Below the pieces are notes generated by a model, which ran no database searches, was not told the origin of the DNA, and saw only the letters and a program-made list of their open reading frames with translations. A stretch of 64,000 bases of DNA from Mobula hypostoma (lineage: Eukaryota), in the NCBI RefSeq assembly GCF_963921235.1, contig NC_086097.1, positions 1,302,001 through 1,366,000 of the forward strand. Reading direction: 5' to 3'. Shown piece by piece: positions 1 through 11,410 of this stretch. The translations under genes were made by a program, and so were the position numbers. The first letter of the stretch is position 1. Each line of letters begins with the position of its first letter.

Positions 1-819
1 TCAACATCCACAAAATAAAGGTCTAACTAATTTCATATAGTGGAGCATCCGATGAACGAAAAGTTCCCCTCACACTGACCTAATGAGTGTATCAAGGCAT
101 CACATTTTAAATTCTGTGCATCTAAATGAAAGATCAGACCCCTTTAAATCCCAGCAGTGAGTAGAAGGGCCCCAAAAACAGGGGTTAAAATCCAAGGGGG
201 ATCTGGTGTGATCTGCTGACAGCTGATCTTGTCACACATGACACTGAGCCAAGACCGAGGGAGAAAGTCCAAATCCAGTCTGTAGTGAGAACATCAGCCT
301 CAGTATATATGGGCTCGTCAGGGTTGGAGCTGGAGTGGGAAGTGTCCACCCATCCCTGGATCAAGCTGACGTCTCTGATGTGCCTCTCAGTTCAAGCCTG
401 CCTCATGCCAGGAGACAAGGCTGGAGCAGAGACCCTGCTGGCACCTGTGGAACGGCGGAGCAGAAATAATTCCAGGATCAGAACTGACCTGTATACTCCC
501 CTTCTCATCTACTGTCTCTGATCCCTGAAACTGAACGATTGATGGAACTTGCATGAACAGATACTGTCAAGAGAGTATTGCAGAGTAACAAATTTGATTG
601 CTGAAGGCAACTTCTAAACTGATAAACCCTTTCAGCACTGTTCAGCATCACCTGGGTGTGGCTCTAAAATTTTAAAGCTTACATCAAGATCAATTTCTTC
701 AGGGAAATAGTGAGTTTTCAGTTTAAGGATTGTCCGCACTGTCCTGATTATACAATGCCCATCATACTGAGGTACCCGTTACATTTTCATGTAACACTTC
801 TGAGGACCAGAAGAAAGAA

Positions 820-1460
820 GGCTGGCCCTTGCCTCTCAAGCCTGATCCACCATTCATACAACCTCCACTGATCATCACCTCAATTCTACTTTGCTGAGGA
901 TTATTTTTGCATAATGTGTTCATCCCTATCCAGTGAACTAACTTCCATGCTCTCTAGGACAGAGAATTCCAAGATTCACATCTCTTGAGTAGAGATTACT
1001 CTGCATCATCATCTTAAAAGGCTGACTCCTTGTTCTGAAAACATGACTCCCGGTTCCAGAATCTCTCATCATCATCATCTCAGGAACTAACCTGTCAATA
1101 CCCTACAGCAACTCGTCTTGCAATATCATAATTTCTCATTGTACAAACTCCAGAACATTAACATAATGTTCCCTCCCTGTAATGTCTTCAGACTTTCATG
1201 GTATAAAGCTGGTGGGAGTGTCAGCTGTGAGGTAAATACAGAGGCTTGGGGAAATACAGATGGCTATCATGATAGGCAAGGCCTGAGCAGATGGAATATA
1301 ATCCAGAAAAAGTTGTAAAGTCACCCATTTTGGGGAAAATAGAAAGAAAGAATATATTTTAAATGGTGAGACAAAAAACTATTGAATTAATGGAATCTGT
1401 GTGTTCTTTTACAAAAAATCACTTACAAGCTATACAGGAACAGCACAACTGGGAAGTGAC
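820..1460. mobile_element. Highly degraded CR1 remnants (minus-strand 3' piece, then plus-strand RT piece)
   Basis: Weak similarity to the CR1 copies elsewhere in the window (e.g. gcagatggaatataatccagaaaaa ~ WQMEYNPEK). Confidence 0.45.
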
Positions 1461-1494
1461 AGGCAGGGTTGTCTTTTATTTCAGGAGTAAAGAT

Positions 1495-3819
1495 GAGGGG
1501 AGAACACGTTGGACCTTGTTTACACAAACATTCCCAACGCATACCGGGCGGAGCCCCGACCCCACCTCGGTTACTCAGACCACATCTCTGTTATGCTAAT
1601 CCCAGCATACAGACCGCTCGTCAGACGCTCCAGACCAGTTCAGAAGCAGGTGAAAACCCGGCCAGCGGGAGCCATCTCTGCTCTTCAAGACTGCTTTGAG
1701 CACACTGACTGGCACATGTTCAGGGAGGCTGCAACCGATGGCGACTTTACCAACTTAGAGGAGTACACGGCATCAGTGACTAGCTACATCAGCAAGTGCA
1801 TCGATGATGTCACTGTGTCCAAACCATCACTACACGCGCTAACCAGAAGCCATGGATAACCGTGCGCTGCTGAGGACCCGTGACTCCGCCTTCAGAACAG
1901 GCAACAAGGCAGCCCTAACAACAGCGAGGGCCAAACTCTCCCGTGCCATCAGAGAGGCAAAGCGTGCACACGCCCAGCGAATCCACAGCCACTTCCAGGA
2001 CAGTGGAGACACACGGCGCATGTGGAAGGGCATTCAGGACATCACCAACTACAAGACGACAACACCTGCCTGTGCTGGTGATGCCACCCTCCCAGTTGCG
2101 TTGAACAACTTCTACACTCGTTCTTAGGTGGAAAATGACGTGGCGGCGAGGAAGACCACCCCTCCTCCAAATGACCAGGTGCTGTGTCTTACCGTGGCCG
2201 ATGTGAGGGGAACCCTGTGCAGGGTCAACCCACGGAAGGCTGCTGGACCAGACAATATTCCTGGCAGAGTGCTCAGAGGATGTGCAGACCAGCTAGCTGA
2301 GATTCTCACTGACATCTTCAACATCTCCCTGAGCAGCGCCGTTGTTCCAACGTGCTTCAAGGCTACCACCATCGTCCCCGTGCCGAAGAAGTCTTCAGTG
2401 TCCTGCCTCAACGACTACCGTCCCGTTCACTCACATCCAACATCATGAAGTGTTTCGAGAGGCTCATCATGAGGCACATCAAGACCCTGCTGCCCCCCTC
2501 ACTGGACCCGCTGCAGTTTGCGTACCGTCCCAACCGTTCAACAGACAACGCCATCGCCATCACCCTCCACCTGGCCTTAACCCACCTGGACAAAAAAGAC
2601 ACGTTGGTTCAAATGCTGTTCATAGACTTCAGTTCAGCATTCAACACAATCATTCCTCAGAAACTGATTGGAAAGCTGAGCCTGCTGGGCCTGAACACCT
2701 CCCTCTGCAACTGGATCCTAGACTTCCTGACTCGGAGAGTCAGTCCGGATCAGGAGCAGCATCTCCAACACTGAGCACGGGGGCTCCCCGGGGCTGTGTG
2801 CTCAGTCCACTGCTGTTCACTCTGCTGACCCACGACCGTGCTGCAACACACAGCTCGAACCACATCATCAAGTTCGCCGATGACAGAACCATGGCGGGTC
2901 TCATTAGCAAGAACAATGAGTCAGCATACAGAGAGGAGGTGCAGCGGCTAACGGACTGGTGCAGAGTCAACAACCTGTCTCTGAATGTGAACAAAACAAA
3001 AGAGATCGTTGTTGACTTCAGGAGGACACAGAGCAACCACTCTCCGCTGAACATCGACAACTCCTCCGTAGAGATTGTTAAAAGCACCAAATTTCTTGGT
3101 GTTCCCCTGGCGGAGAATCTCACCTGGTCCCTCAACACCAGCTCCATAGCAAAGAAAGCCCAGCAGCGTCTCTACTTTCTACGAAGGCTGAGAAAAGACA
3201 ATCTCCCAGCCCCCATCCTCACCACATTCAACAGAGGTTGTATTGAGAGCATCCTGAGCAGCTGCATCACTGCCTGGTTCGGAAATTGCACCGTCTTGGA
3301 TCGCAAGACCCTGCAGCGGATAGTGAGGTCAGCTGAGAAGATCATCGGGGTCTCTCTTCCCGCCATTACAGACATTTACACCACACACTGCATCCGTAAA
3401 GCAAACAGCATTGTGAAGGACCCCACGCCCCCCTCATACAAACTCTTCTCCCTCCTGCCATCTGGAAAAAGGCACCGAAGCATTTGGGCTCTCACGACCA
3501 GACTATGTAACAGTTTCTTCCCCCTAGTCATCAGACTCCTCAATACCCAGAGCCTGGACTGACACCAACTTACTGCCCTCTACTGTGCCTATTGTCTTAT
3601 TTATTATTTATTGTAATGCCTGCACTGTTTTGTGCACTTTATGCAGTCCTGGGTAGGTCTGTAGTCTAGTGTAGTTTTTGTGTTGTTTTACGTAGTTCAG
3701 TGTAGTTTTTGTACTGTTCATGTAGCACCATGGTCCTGAAAAACGTCGTCTCGTTTTTACTGTGTACTGCACCAGCAGTTATGGTGGAAATGACCATAAA
3801 AAGTGACTTGACTTGACTT
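1495..3819 (+). mobile_element. Rex1/Babar-clade LINE, 5'-truncated and frameshifted (end of APE domain, RT, 3'UTR)
   Basis: Overlapping ORFs carry TLDLVY..SDH (APE), [34 protein letters not shown] and KFADD; ends in a (TGACT)n tail at 3804-3819. Confidence 0.88.
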
Positions 3820-4326
3820 CTGAAATGCTGCTGCTGGTGTGAGATGTGCTGCTGAGACCAGACCTAGAACATTGGTATCTGTCTGATCTCCTCACCAGGA
3901 GGCAATGTACCTGCAATGCAGGGAGCTGATTGTGAGATGGCAGGCTTGGCACGGACAGATAAAACAGACTGGGCCTGAATACCTGAGTTTAGAAGATTAA
4001 AGGAAGATGTCACTAAATGGTTAAAATTCAGCTGGAACCAGAAAGAGTAGATTCTCTCCGCTGAAGAAGCAGGGTCAGAGATGAGGAGGAATGCCTTCCC
4101 CTGAGGGGAGTGTTCCTTCATAATTCTTTATCCAAGGGTACTAGGGAGGCTCAGGCACTGAGTATAATCAATAGTTATTTATCTATTAAGATAATTATTT
4201 ATATGTTAAGGTAATCAAAGGATATTTTGGGTTACCCGGGAAAGCAAGGGTGAGATAAGAGGGTAGTGTTGATATTATTGAACAACATCATGAAACAAGC
4301 AGATGGAAGTTTACTGTCTCCTCTCA

Positions 4327-5695
4327 TAAGACGTAGGAGCAGCGCTAGGCCATTCAGCCCATCGAATCTGCTCTACATACCATCGTGGCTGATCTTGGAC
4401 CCCACTCAACCACATACACCTGCCTTTTTGCAATATAGAAACATAGAAAATAGGTGCAGGAGTAGGCCATTCGGCCCTTCGAGCCTGCACCGCCATTTAT
4501 TATGATCATGGCTGATCATCCAACTCAGAACCCAGCCTTCCCTCCATACCCCCTGACCCCTGTAGCCACAAGGGCCATATCTAACTTCCTTTTAAACATA
4601 GCTAATGAACTGGCCTCAACAGTTTGCTGTGGCAGAGAATTCCACAGATTCACCACTCTCTGTGTGAAGAAGTTTTTCCTAACCTCGGTCCTAAAAGGCT
4701 TCCCCTCTATCCTCAAACTGTGACCCCTCGTTCTAGACCTCCCCAACATCGGGAACAATCTTCCCGCATCTAGCCTGTCCAATCCCTTTAGGATCTTATA
4801 CGTTTCAATCAGATCCCCCCTCAATCTTCTAAATTCCAACGAGTACAAGCCCAGTTCATCCAGTCTTTCTTCATATGAAAGACCTGCCATCCCAGGAATC
4901 AATCTGGTGAACCTTCTTTGTACTCCCTCTATGGCAAAGATGTCTTTCCTCAGATTAGGGGACCAAAACTGCACACATATGCTTTGATGCCCTAGCTGAT
5001 CAGGAAATGATCAACTTCTGCCTTAAGTATACCCAAGGACTTGGACTCCACTGCAGTCTGCGGCAGAGCATTCCACAGATTTACTACTCTCTGGCTAAAA
5101 AAATTCCACCTCACCTCTGTTCTAAAGGGTTGCCCCTCAATTTTGAGGCTGTGCCCTCCAGTTCTGGATACCCCACCACAGGAAACATCCTCTCCACGTC
5201 CACCCTATCTAGTCTTTTCAACATTCGGTAGCTTTCAATGAGTTCCCCAAGCATTCTTCTAATTTCCAGTGAGTACAGGCCCTAAGCTGCCAAAAGCTCA
5301 TCATATGTTAATCCCTTCATTCCCAGAATCATCCTTGTGAACCTCCTGTGGACTCTCTCAAATGACAACACATCCTTTCTGAAATATGGGGCACAAAACT
5401 GTTGACAATACTCCAAAAGTGGCCTGACTCGTGTCTTATAAAGGCTCAGCATTATCTCCTTGCTTTTATACTCTATTCCTCTTGAAATAAATGCCAACAT
5501 TGCATTTGCCTTCTTCACCACAGACTCAACCTGTAAATTAACTTTCTGGGGGTCTTGCACGAGGACTCCTAAGTCCCTCTGCACCTCTGATATTTGAACC
5601 TTCTCCCCATTTAGCTAATATTCTGCACTATTGTTCCTTTTACTAAAATACATTATCATACATTTCCCAACACTGTATTCCATCTGCCATTTTGT
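4327..5695 (-). mobile_element. CR1 3' fragment interrupted by a younger CR1 at 4435-4975
   Basis: ORF 5282-5584 carries RPLLEYCQQF; the host 3'UTR resumes at 4327-4434. Confidence 0.8.
4435..4975 (-). mobile_element. Young CR1 3' end nested in another CR1
   Basis: Open 149-aa ORF2 C-terminus (VQRRFTRLIPG...FFTQRVVNLWN) with a TTTCTATG-type tail. Confidence 0.9.
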
Positions 5696-5710
5696 CTGAC
5701 TCCTGCTGCC

Positions 5711-6040
5711 ATCATAAGACCATAAGATTTAGGAGCAGAAGTAGGCCATTCAGCCCATCGAGTCTGCTCCGCCATTCAATCATGGGCTGATCCAATTCTT
5801 CCAGTCATCCCCACTCCCCTGCTTTCACCCCATACCCTTTGAAGTCCTGGCTAATTAAGAACATATCTATCTCTGCCTTAAATACACGCAATGACTTGGC
5901 CTCCACAGCCGCTCGTGGCAAAAAATTCCACAAATTTACCACCCTCTGACTAAAGTAATTTCTCTGCATCTCAGTTCTAAAAGAATGTCCTTCAATTCTG
6001 AAGTTGTGCCCTCTTGTCCTAGAATCCCCTACCATGGGAA
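5711..6040 (-). mobile_element. CR1 3' fragment with TCTTATGG tail
   Basis: FPMVGDSRTRGH..FSQRVVNLWN; nearly identical to 55191-55520. Confidence 0.85.
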
Positions 6041-6107
6041 ATCTATATCTACAGGCATCCATTAGACTCATGAGACCATGGATTTGTGCCTTGGAAGGTT
6101 TCCAGCT

Positions 6108-6268
6108 AGAATCTCTTACTAGCTCTTCTTTCAGTTAGTCCTGACAAAGGGTCTCAGCCTGAAACGTCGACTGTACCTCTTCCTAGAGATGCTGCCTGGC
6201 CTACTGTGTTCACCAGTAACTTTTATGTGTGTTGCTTGAAATTCCAGCATCTGCAGATTTCCTCGTGT
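6108..6268 (+). mobile_element. Penelope-like terminal repeat (pLTR) fragment with hammerhead motif
   Basis: Shares gatgctgcctggcc...ccagcatctgcaga with 25924-26027, 34283-34490 and 36322-36491. Confidence 0.75.
6137..6172 (+). ncRNA. Hammerhead ribozyme motif with mutated core (CTGACAA), probably inactive
   Basis: agtc-ctgacaa-agggtctcagcct-gaaacgtc-gact; CpG-type G>A change in the CUGANGA box. Confidence 0.6.
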
Positions 6269-6512
6269 CTGCACCCTTTCTATGGTTTCCACATCCTTCT
6301 TGTAGTGAGGTGACCAGAACTGAGCAGAGTACTCTAAGTGGGGCCTGACCAGGGTCCTATATAGCTGCAACATTACCTCTCGGCTCCTAAATTCAATTCC
6401 ACGATTGATGAAGGCCAATACACCGTATGCCTTCTAAACCACAGAGTCAACCTGCACAGCAGCTTTGAGTGTCCTATGGACTCGGACACTCCACACTGCC
6501 AAGAGTCTTACC
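6269..6512 (-). mobile_element. CR1 ORF2 fragment
   Basis: AFINRGIEFRSREVMLQLYRTLVRPHLEY. Confidence 0.85.
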
Positions 6513-6699
6513 ATATTTATATTTAATCAGAATGGCTAAACTGACAGGATCTGAAAGTCTGAACAGAGAGTGATTGGCTGAACCCACACCAAGGGTTCCT
6601 TTGTTCCTTTCCACACTTTACAGCACCAAATGTCAACATAATTAGTGCACTGTCTGAAGAAGAGCTCACATAAATACTTGTTATTGAATACAGAGCAAA

Positions 6700-6912
6700 A
6701 AACATGTGCTGGTGGAACTCCAGCTCAGAGGCCAGGCAGACAGAGGGGTAACCAATGTTTCAGGACAAAACCCTGGCACCAGTTCAGATGAAAGGTCTCA
6801 GCTCAAAGTGTCAACTGTTTATTTCCCTCTGTAGATGCTGCCAGACCTGCTGAGTTCCTCCAGTATGTGTGCATGGTGCTCAAAACTTTCAGCACCTTCA
6901 GTCTCACTTGTG
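6700..6912. mobile_element. Old PLE pLTR pair in inverted (minus then plus) arrangement
   Basis: Degenerate tgctgg..gaactc arm, followed by agttcagatgaaaggtctcagctcaaagtgtcaact and gatgctgccagacctgctgagttcctccag. Confidence 0.55.
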
Positions 6913-6963
6913 TCTCTGTGTAGCATTTTTTAAATTCAGGTTTTCAGCATTCATACTTGTATT

Positions 6964-7870
6964 TAGAAACATAGTGGTATCGGACCATGATACAGGCCCT
7001 TCAGCCCACAATGCTGTGCTGAACATGTACTTACTTTAGAAATTACCTAGGGTTACCCATAGCCCTCTATTTGTCTGAGCTCCATGTACCTAACCAGGGG
7101 TCTCTTAAGACACCCTATTGTATCCGCCTCCACCACCATCGCCGGCAGCCCATTCCACGCACTCCCCACTCTCTGCGTAAAAACTTACCCCTGACATCCC
7201 CTCTGTACCTACTTCCAAGCACCTTAAAACTGTGCCCTCTTGTGCTAGCCATTTCAGCCTCTGAAATGGAAAAAGCCTCTGACTATCCACACGATCAATG
7301 CCTCTCATCATCTTATACACCTCTATCAGGTCACCTCTCATCCTCCGTCTCTCCAAGGAGAAGAGGCTGAGTTCACTCAACCTGCTTTCATGAGGCATAC
7401 TCCCCAATCCAGGCAACATCCTTGTAAATCTCCTCTGCTCCCTTTCTATGGTTTCCACATCCTTCCTGTAGTGAGGTGACCAGAACTGAGCACAGTACTC
7501 CAAGTGGGGTCTGACAAGGGTCCAAAATAGCTGTGACATTACCTCTTGGTTCTTGAACTCAATTCCATGGTTGATGAAGGCCAATGCACCGTACGCCTTC
7601 TTAACCACACAGTCAACCTGCGCAGCAGCTTTGAGTGTCCTATGGACTCGGACCCCAAGATCCCTCTGATCCTCCACACTGCCAAGAGTCTTACCATTAA
7701 TACTATATTCTGCCATCATATTTGACCTACCAAAATGAACCATCTCACACTTATCTGGGTTGGACTCCATCTGCCACTTCTCAGCCCAGTTTTGCATCCT
7801 ATCAATGTCCTGCTGTAACCTCTGACAGCCCTCCACACTATCCACAATACCCCAAACCTTTGTGTCATCA
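6964..7870 (-). mobile_element. CR1 3' ~0.9 kb
   Basis: ORF 7105-7881 runs from DDTK to the C-terminus; tail near 6964. Confidence 0.9.
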
Positions 7871-8527
7871 AATTTCTTCATATAAGTTCCATAAATTCAA
7901 TGCCCTCAATCATCTTCAATAACTTTTTTTAAGCCAATACTTCAATGGAGCCAATTATGACCCTGGGGAAAAAAAACACACACACACACAGTTTTAATAT
8001 TTAAGGTGGGAAGATCAATCACTTCCCTTTTCACAGACTTATTCTAGCTCAGACATTGAAAAAAAACCACATGTGATTGTTGATTAGTCCTGTTACTAAA
8101 ATGCACAGTTAAAACAATGAATCAGACTGCTCTGGCCCATCCTTTTCCCCAGCATAACTATGAGGAAGCTGACAGACAGGTCCACAGCCCCGGATTACGT
8201 TAAAGGAACATTCCAGCTTTCTGTCACACACCCATTCTGTTAACCTCAGCATTCCATCTCAGGAGGCATGCTCTCCACTCAGTGACTAAAAGCAGTATAA
8301 GGGTGTGAGTTTGGCACACTTCGCTGAAGAACATGGAATGATATGCATGCAAAGGATTTAAATTGTTTGAATAGGCTCTCCAACAGTGGTAATGGCTGAA
8401 ATTCACTGAAGACTTAATGCCTGTGATTCATGTTTGTGAATTAACTGGAAACATCGTTGACAGAAGTGCTGTTTATTCACATTGCAGAGAAAAATAAATA
8501 ATTCTGTGTTCAAAATAATCAGGAAAT

Positions 8528-8687
8528 AATGTGACAAAAATTAATTGTAAGCCACTCAGTGATTCAATGTGACGAAGATTAATTGTAAGCCACTCAGTGA
8601 TTCAATGTGACGAAGATTAATTGTAAGCCACTCAGTGATTCAATGTGACGAAGATTAATTGTAAGCTGTTCAGTGATTCAATGTGAC
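8528..8687 (+). repeat. 38-bp minisatellite, ~4.2 copies
   Basis: Unit AATGTGACGAAGATTAATTGTAAGCCACTCAGTGATTC starts at 8528, 8566, 8604 and 8642, plus a partial copy. Confidence 0.95.
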
Positions 8688-9279
8688 ATCGACACACAGT
8701 AGACTCTGCTATGGGCTCACTAATGAACCCTCATAGTATTGGGAACCCAGTCACTGAAAAAAATCAGAACATGACACGTATTGTGTACTAGTAACAGGTA
8801 CAGTAAACTATTCCCTACAGACCTGCTTCCTTTGTTCCTTTGTGTCATATACAGTTTGCAGAACACACAGTGTAGCAAATGGCCAGCTGAGAGAGCAGAT
8901 CTAACTCCGTAATAAATTAGAGGAGCTAAACTGTTTAATTTAGGACTGAATTTCTTTCAAAAATGAAATTCTTACCTGCATGAATTTTCTTCACATCATT
9001 TTTGCAAATAAACAAACACACAATAAACTAATATCATTACAATGCAATAAAAACAATTTGGGTAATCAGTAACCAGAATACATACAATGGCAGTCAATAA
9101 CAAATACATGCAGTTTTACTTGGCAGCATAGGATTTAGAAAATTACCAAAGTTTAAACAAGGATCATTTACCAGCAGAGGAAGTTGGACCCCACATTCCA
9201 GGCAGAAAAGGCCAGTAAATTAGAAAGTGCTGATATGGAAAGCTCCTCTAAATTATCCACAGTATTGACTGTGAAGGTG

Positions 9280-9427
9280 CGGCTTGTGGCTACGGGGATC
9301 AGGGGGTATGGAGGGAAGGCTGGGGCGGGGTTCTGAGTTGGATGATCAGCCATGATCATAATAAATGGCGGTGCAGGCTCGAAGGGCCGAATGGCCTACT
9401 CCTGCACCTATTTTCTATGTTTCTATA
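9280..9427 (+). mobile_element. CR1 3' terminal fragment, same subfamily as 4435-4975
   Basis: Reverse complement of 4435-4570; ends ttttctatgtttctat. Confidence 0.85.
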
Positions 9428-9488
9428 AGAGGAGGAGCAGACTGTCTGGCCCATTAAACCTGGTCCACCATTCAGTGAGATCATGATG

Positions 9489-10090
9489 AACACACACAAA
9501 ATGCTAGAGGAACTCAGCAGGCCAGGCTGCATCCATGGAAAAGAGTACAGTCAATGTTTTGGGCCGAAACATTGACTGTACACAATATGTAGATAAGTCT
9601 ACAAGAGGAGAGGCTGTACTTGATCTGGTATTGGAAAATGAACCTGGTCAGATGTCAGGTCTCTCAGTGGGAGAGCATTTTGGAGATAGTGATCACAATT
9701 CTATCTCCTTACCATAGCATTTGAGAGGGATAGGAACAGACAAGTTAGGAAAGCGTTCAATTGGAGTAAGGGGAAATATGAAGCTACCAAGCAGGAACTT
9801 GGAAGCGTGGAATAGGCTGCCGGCAATGATGGTGGTAGTGGTGGATACAATAGGGTCTTTTGAGAGACTCCTGGATAGGTACATAGAGCTTAGAAAAATA
9901 GAGGGCTATGGGGGCTATGGGTAACCCTAGGTAATTTCTAAGTAAGTCCATGTTTGGCACAGCGTTGTGGACTGAAGTGATGTAGGTTTTCTATGACTAC
10001 TCTTTTGCATAATACTGCCTGGCCGGCTAAGTTCCTCCAGCATTTTGTATGTATTGCTCGAATTTCCAGCATCTGTGGATTTTCTCTTGT
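9489..10090. mobile_element. Palindromic PLE pLTR pair (minus arm 9489-9559; plus arm 9567-9581 and ~9998-10090) split by a CR1 insertion
   Basis: Perfect 15-bp inverted repeat at the centre; the right arm resumes after 9994. Confidence 0.7.
9582..9994 (+). mobile_element. Internally deleted CR1 (APE piece fused to 3' end)
   Basis: QYVDKSTRGEAVLDLVL..DSDHNSI is joined to AWNRLP..LLDRY and the 3' tail. Confidence 0.75.
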
Positions 10091-10239
10091 AGGTCATGAT
10101 TAATACGTGGAGCCAACTCTTTATACTCACCTTATGCCCAAATTCACCTGCTCTGGTGGATGAAATTCTCTCCATCTTAGATTTACAAACAATAATTGGC
10201 ATCCAGCTCCATTTGTTGAAAAGGATACCAAATTTTGAC

Positions 10240-11410
10240 TACCCTATTTGTGTAAAGACAAGGCAAAGCATTGGGACTGGATGGTGTAAACCCCAAGATA
10301 CTGAAGGAGTGTGCTGAGCAACTGTGTGGAGTTCTCCAGTGCATTTTCAATCTGAGCCTCATGCTGGAAAGGCTCCCAACTGTGTGGAAAACATCATGTA
10401 TGGTCCCAGTACCCAAGACGGGCCAACCAAAAGTCTTGAATGACTATTGTCCAGTGGCCCTGACTTCACACATCATGAAGACCCTAGAGAGACTAGTCCT
10501 GGCTCACCTCCAACCCCTGGTCAGATCTGCCTCGACCCCCTGCAGTTTTCCTGTCAGGAGCACATTGGAGTCGATGAGACTGTCATCTACCTGCTGAACA
10601 GAGCCTACTCCCATTTGGATAACAGGGTAGTACTATGAGAATCATGTTTTTTTGAATTCTCAAGTAGCTTCAATACCACACAGCCCTTATTGCTGGGGGA
10701 AAAGCTCTGTTCAATGCAGGTTGGCACTTCCATCGTCTACCTTGGACTTTAGATACAACACTGAGTCATGTCTTCTGCAGAAATTCTCTAATGTTGGGTG
10801 TATAAAGAGAGAACAGGATGAAGTATACAGGGCCCTGGTGGAGGACTTTGCCAAATGGTGCAAGCTGAATCACCTGCAGCTCAACATCAGCAAGACGAAG
10901 AAGATGGTGATGGACTTTAGGAAGACTAAGCCAGCACTGCTCCCTGTTACTGTTGATGGGGAGGGCGTGGATGTGGTGAGAACCTATGAGTACCTGGATG
11001 CACCTGGATGACAGACTTGAGTAGAGCATCAACAAGAAGGGCAAGAATCGCTTCTACTTACTAAGGAGACTGAGGTCACTTGGAGTATACAGGCCTCTCC
11101 TTCACATGTTCTATCAGTTCATTATTACCACTACAATCTTCTATGCAGTGTTGTCTTGGGGCAACGGCATCAACACCTGTGATGCCAACAGGCAACTGAT
11201 TAGAAAGGCTGGCTCTGCTATAGGAGTCAAACTGGACACACTGGAGGCAGTGGTAGAACAAATAAACCTACAGAAAATTCTGGCAATTCTGGACAATGTT
11301 TCTCACTCTCTGCATGCCACCTGGTCTGAACAGAGGATCACTTTTAGTAATAGACTAAGACATCTGTCTATATAGAGCACTATATTAGGTCAATGTTACA
11401 CTCAGCCATT
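10240..11410 (+). mobile_element. Degraded Rex1/Babar-like LINE (RT to C-terminus)
   Basis: GLDGVNPKILKECAEQL, PVALTSHIMKTLERLV, LNISKTKKMVMDFR. Confidence 0.8.

Noticed and set aside
285..521. 78-aa ORF, or a possible minus-strand terminal exon (TTCCACAG acceptor)
   Set aside because: No recognisable homology; it does not resemble the FLVCR C-terminus.
6041..6106. Short fragment possibly from another LINE 3' end
   Set aside because: Too short to classify from sequence alone.
8528..8687. CRISPR-like array (38-bp repeats)
   Set aside because: The units are directly adjacent with no unique spacers, there are no cas genes, and the context is eukaryotic.
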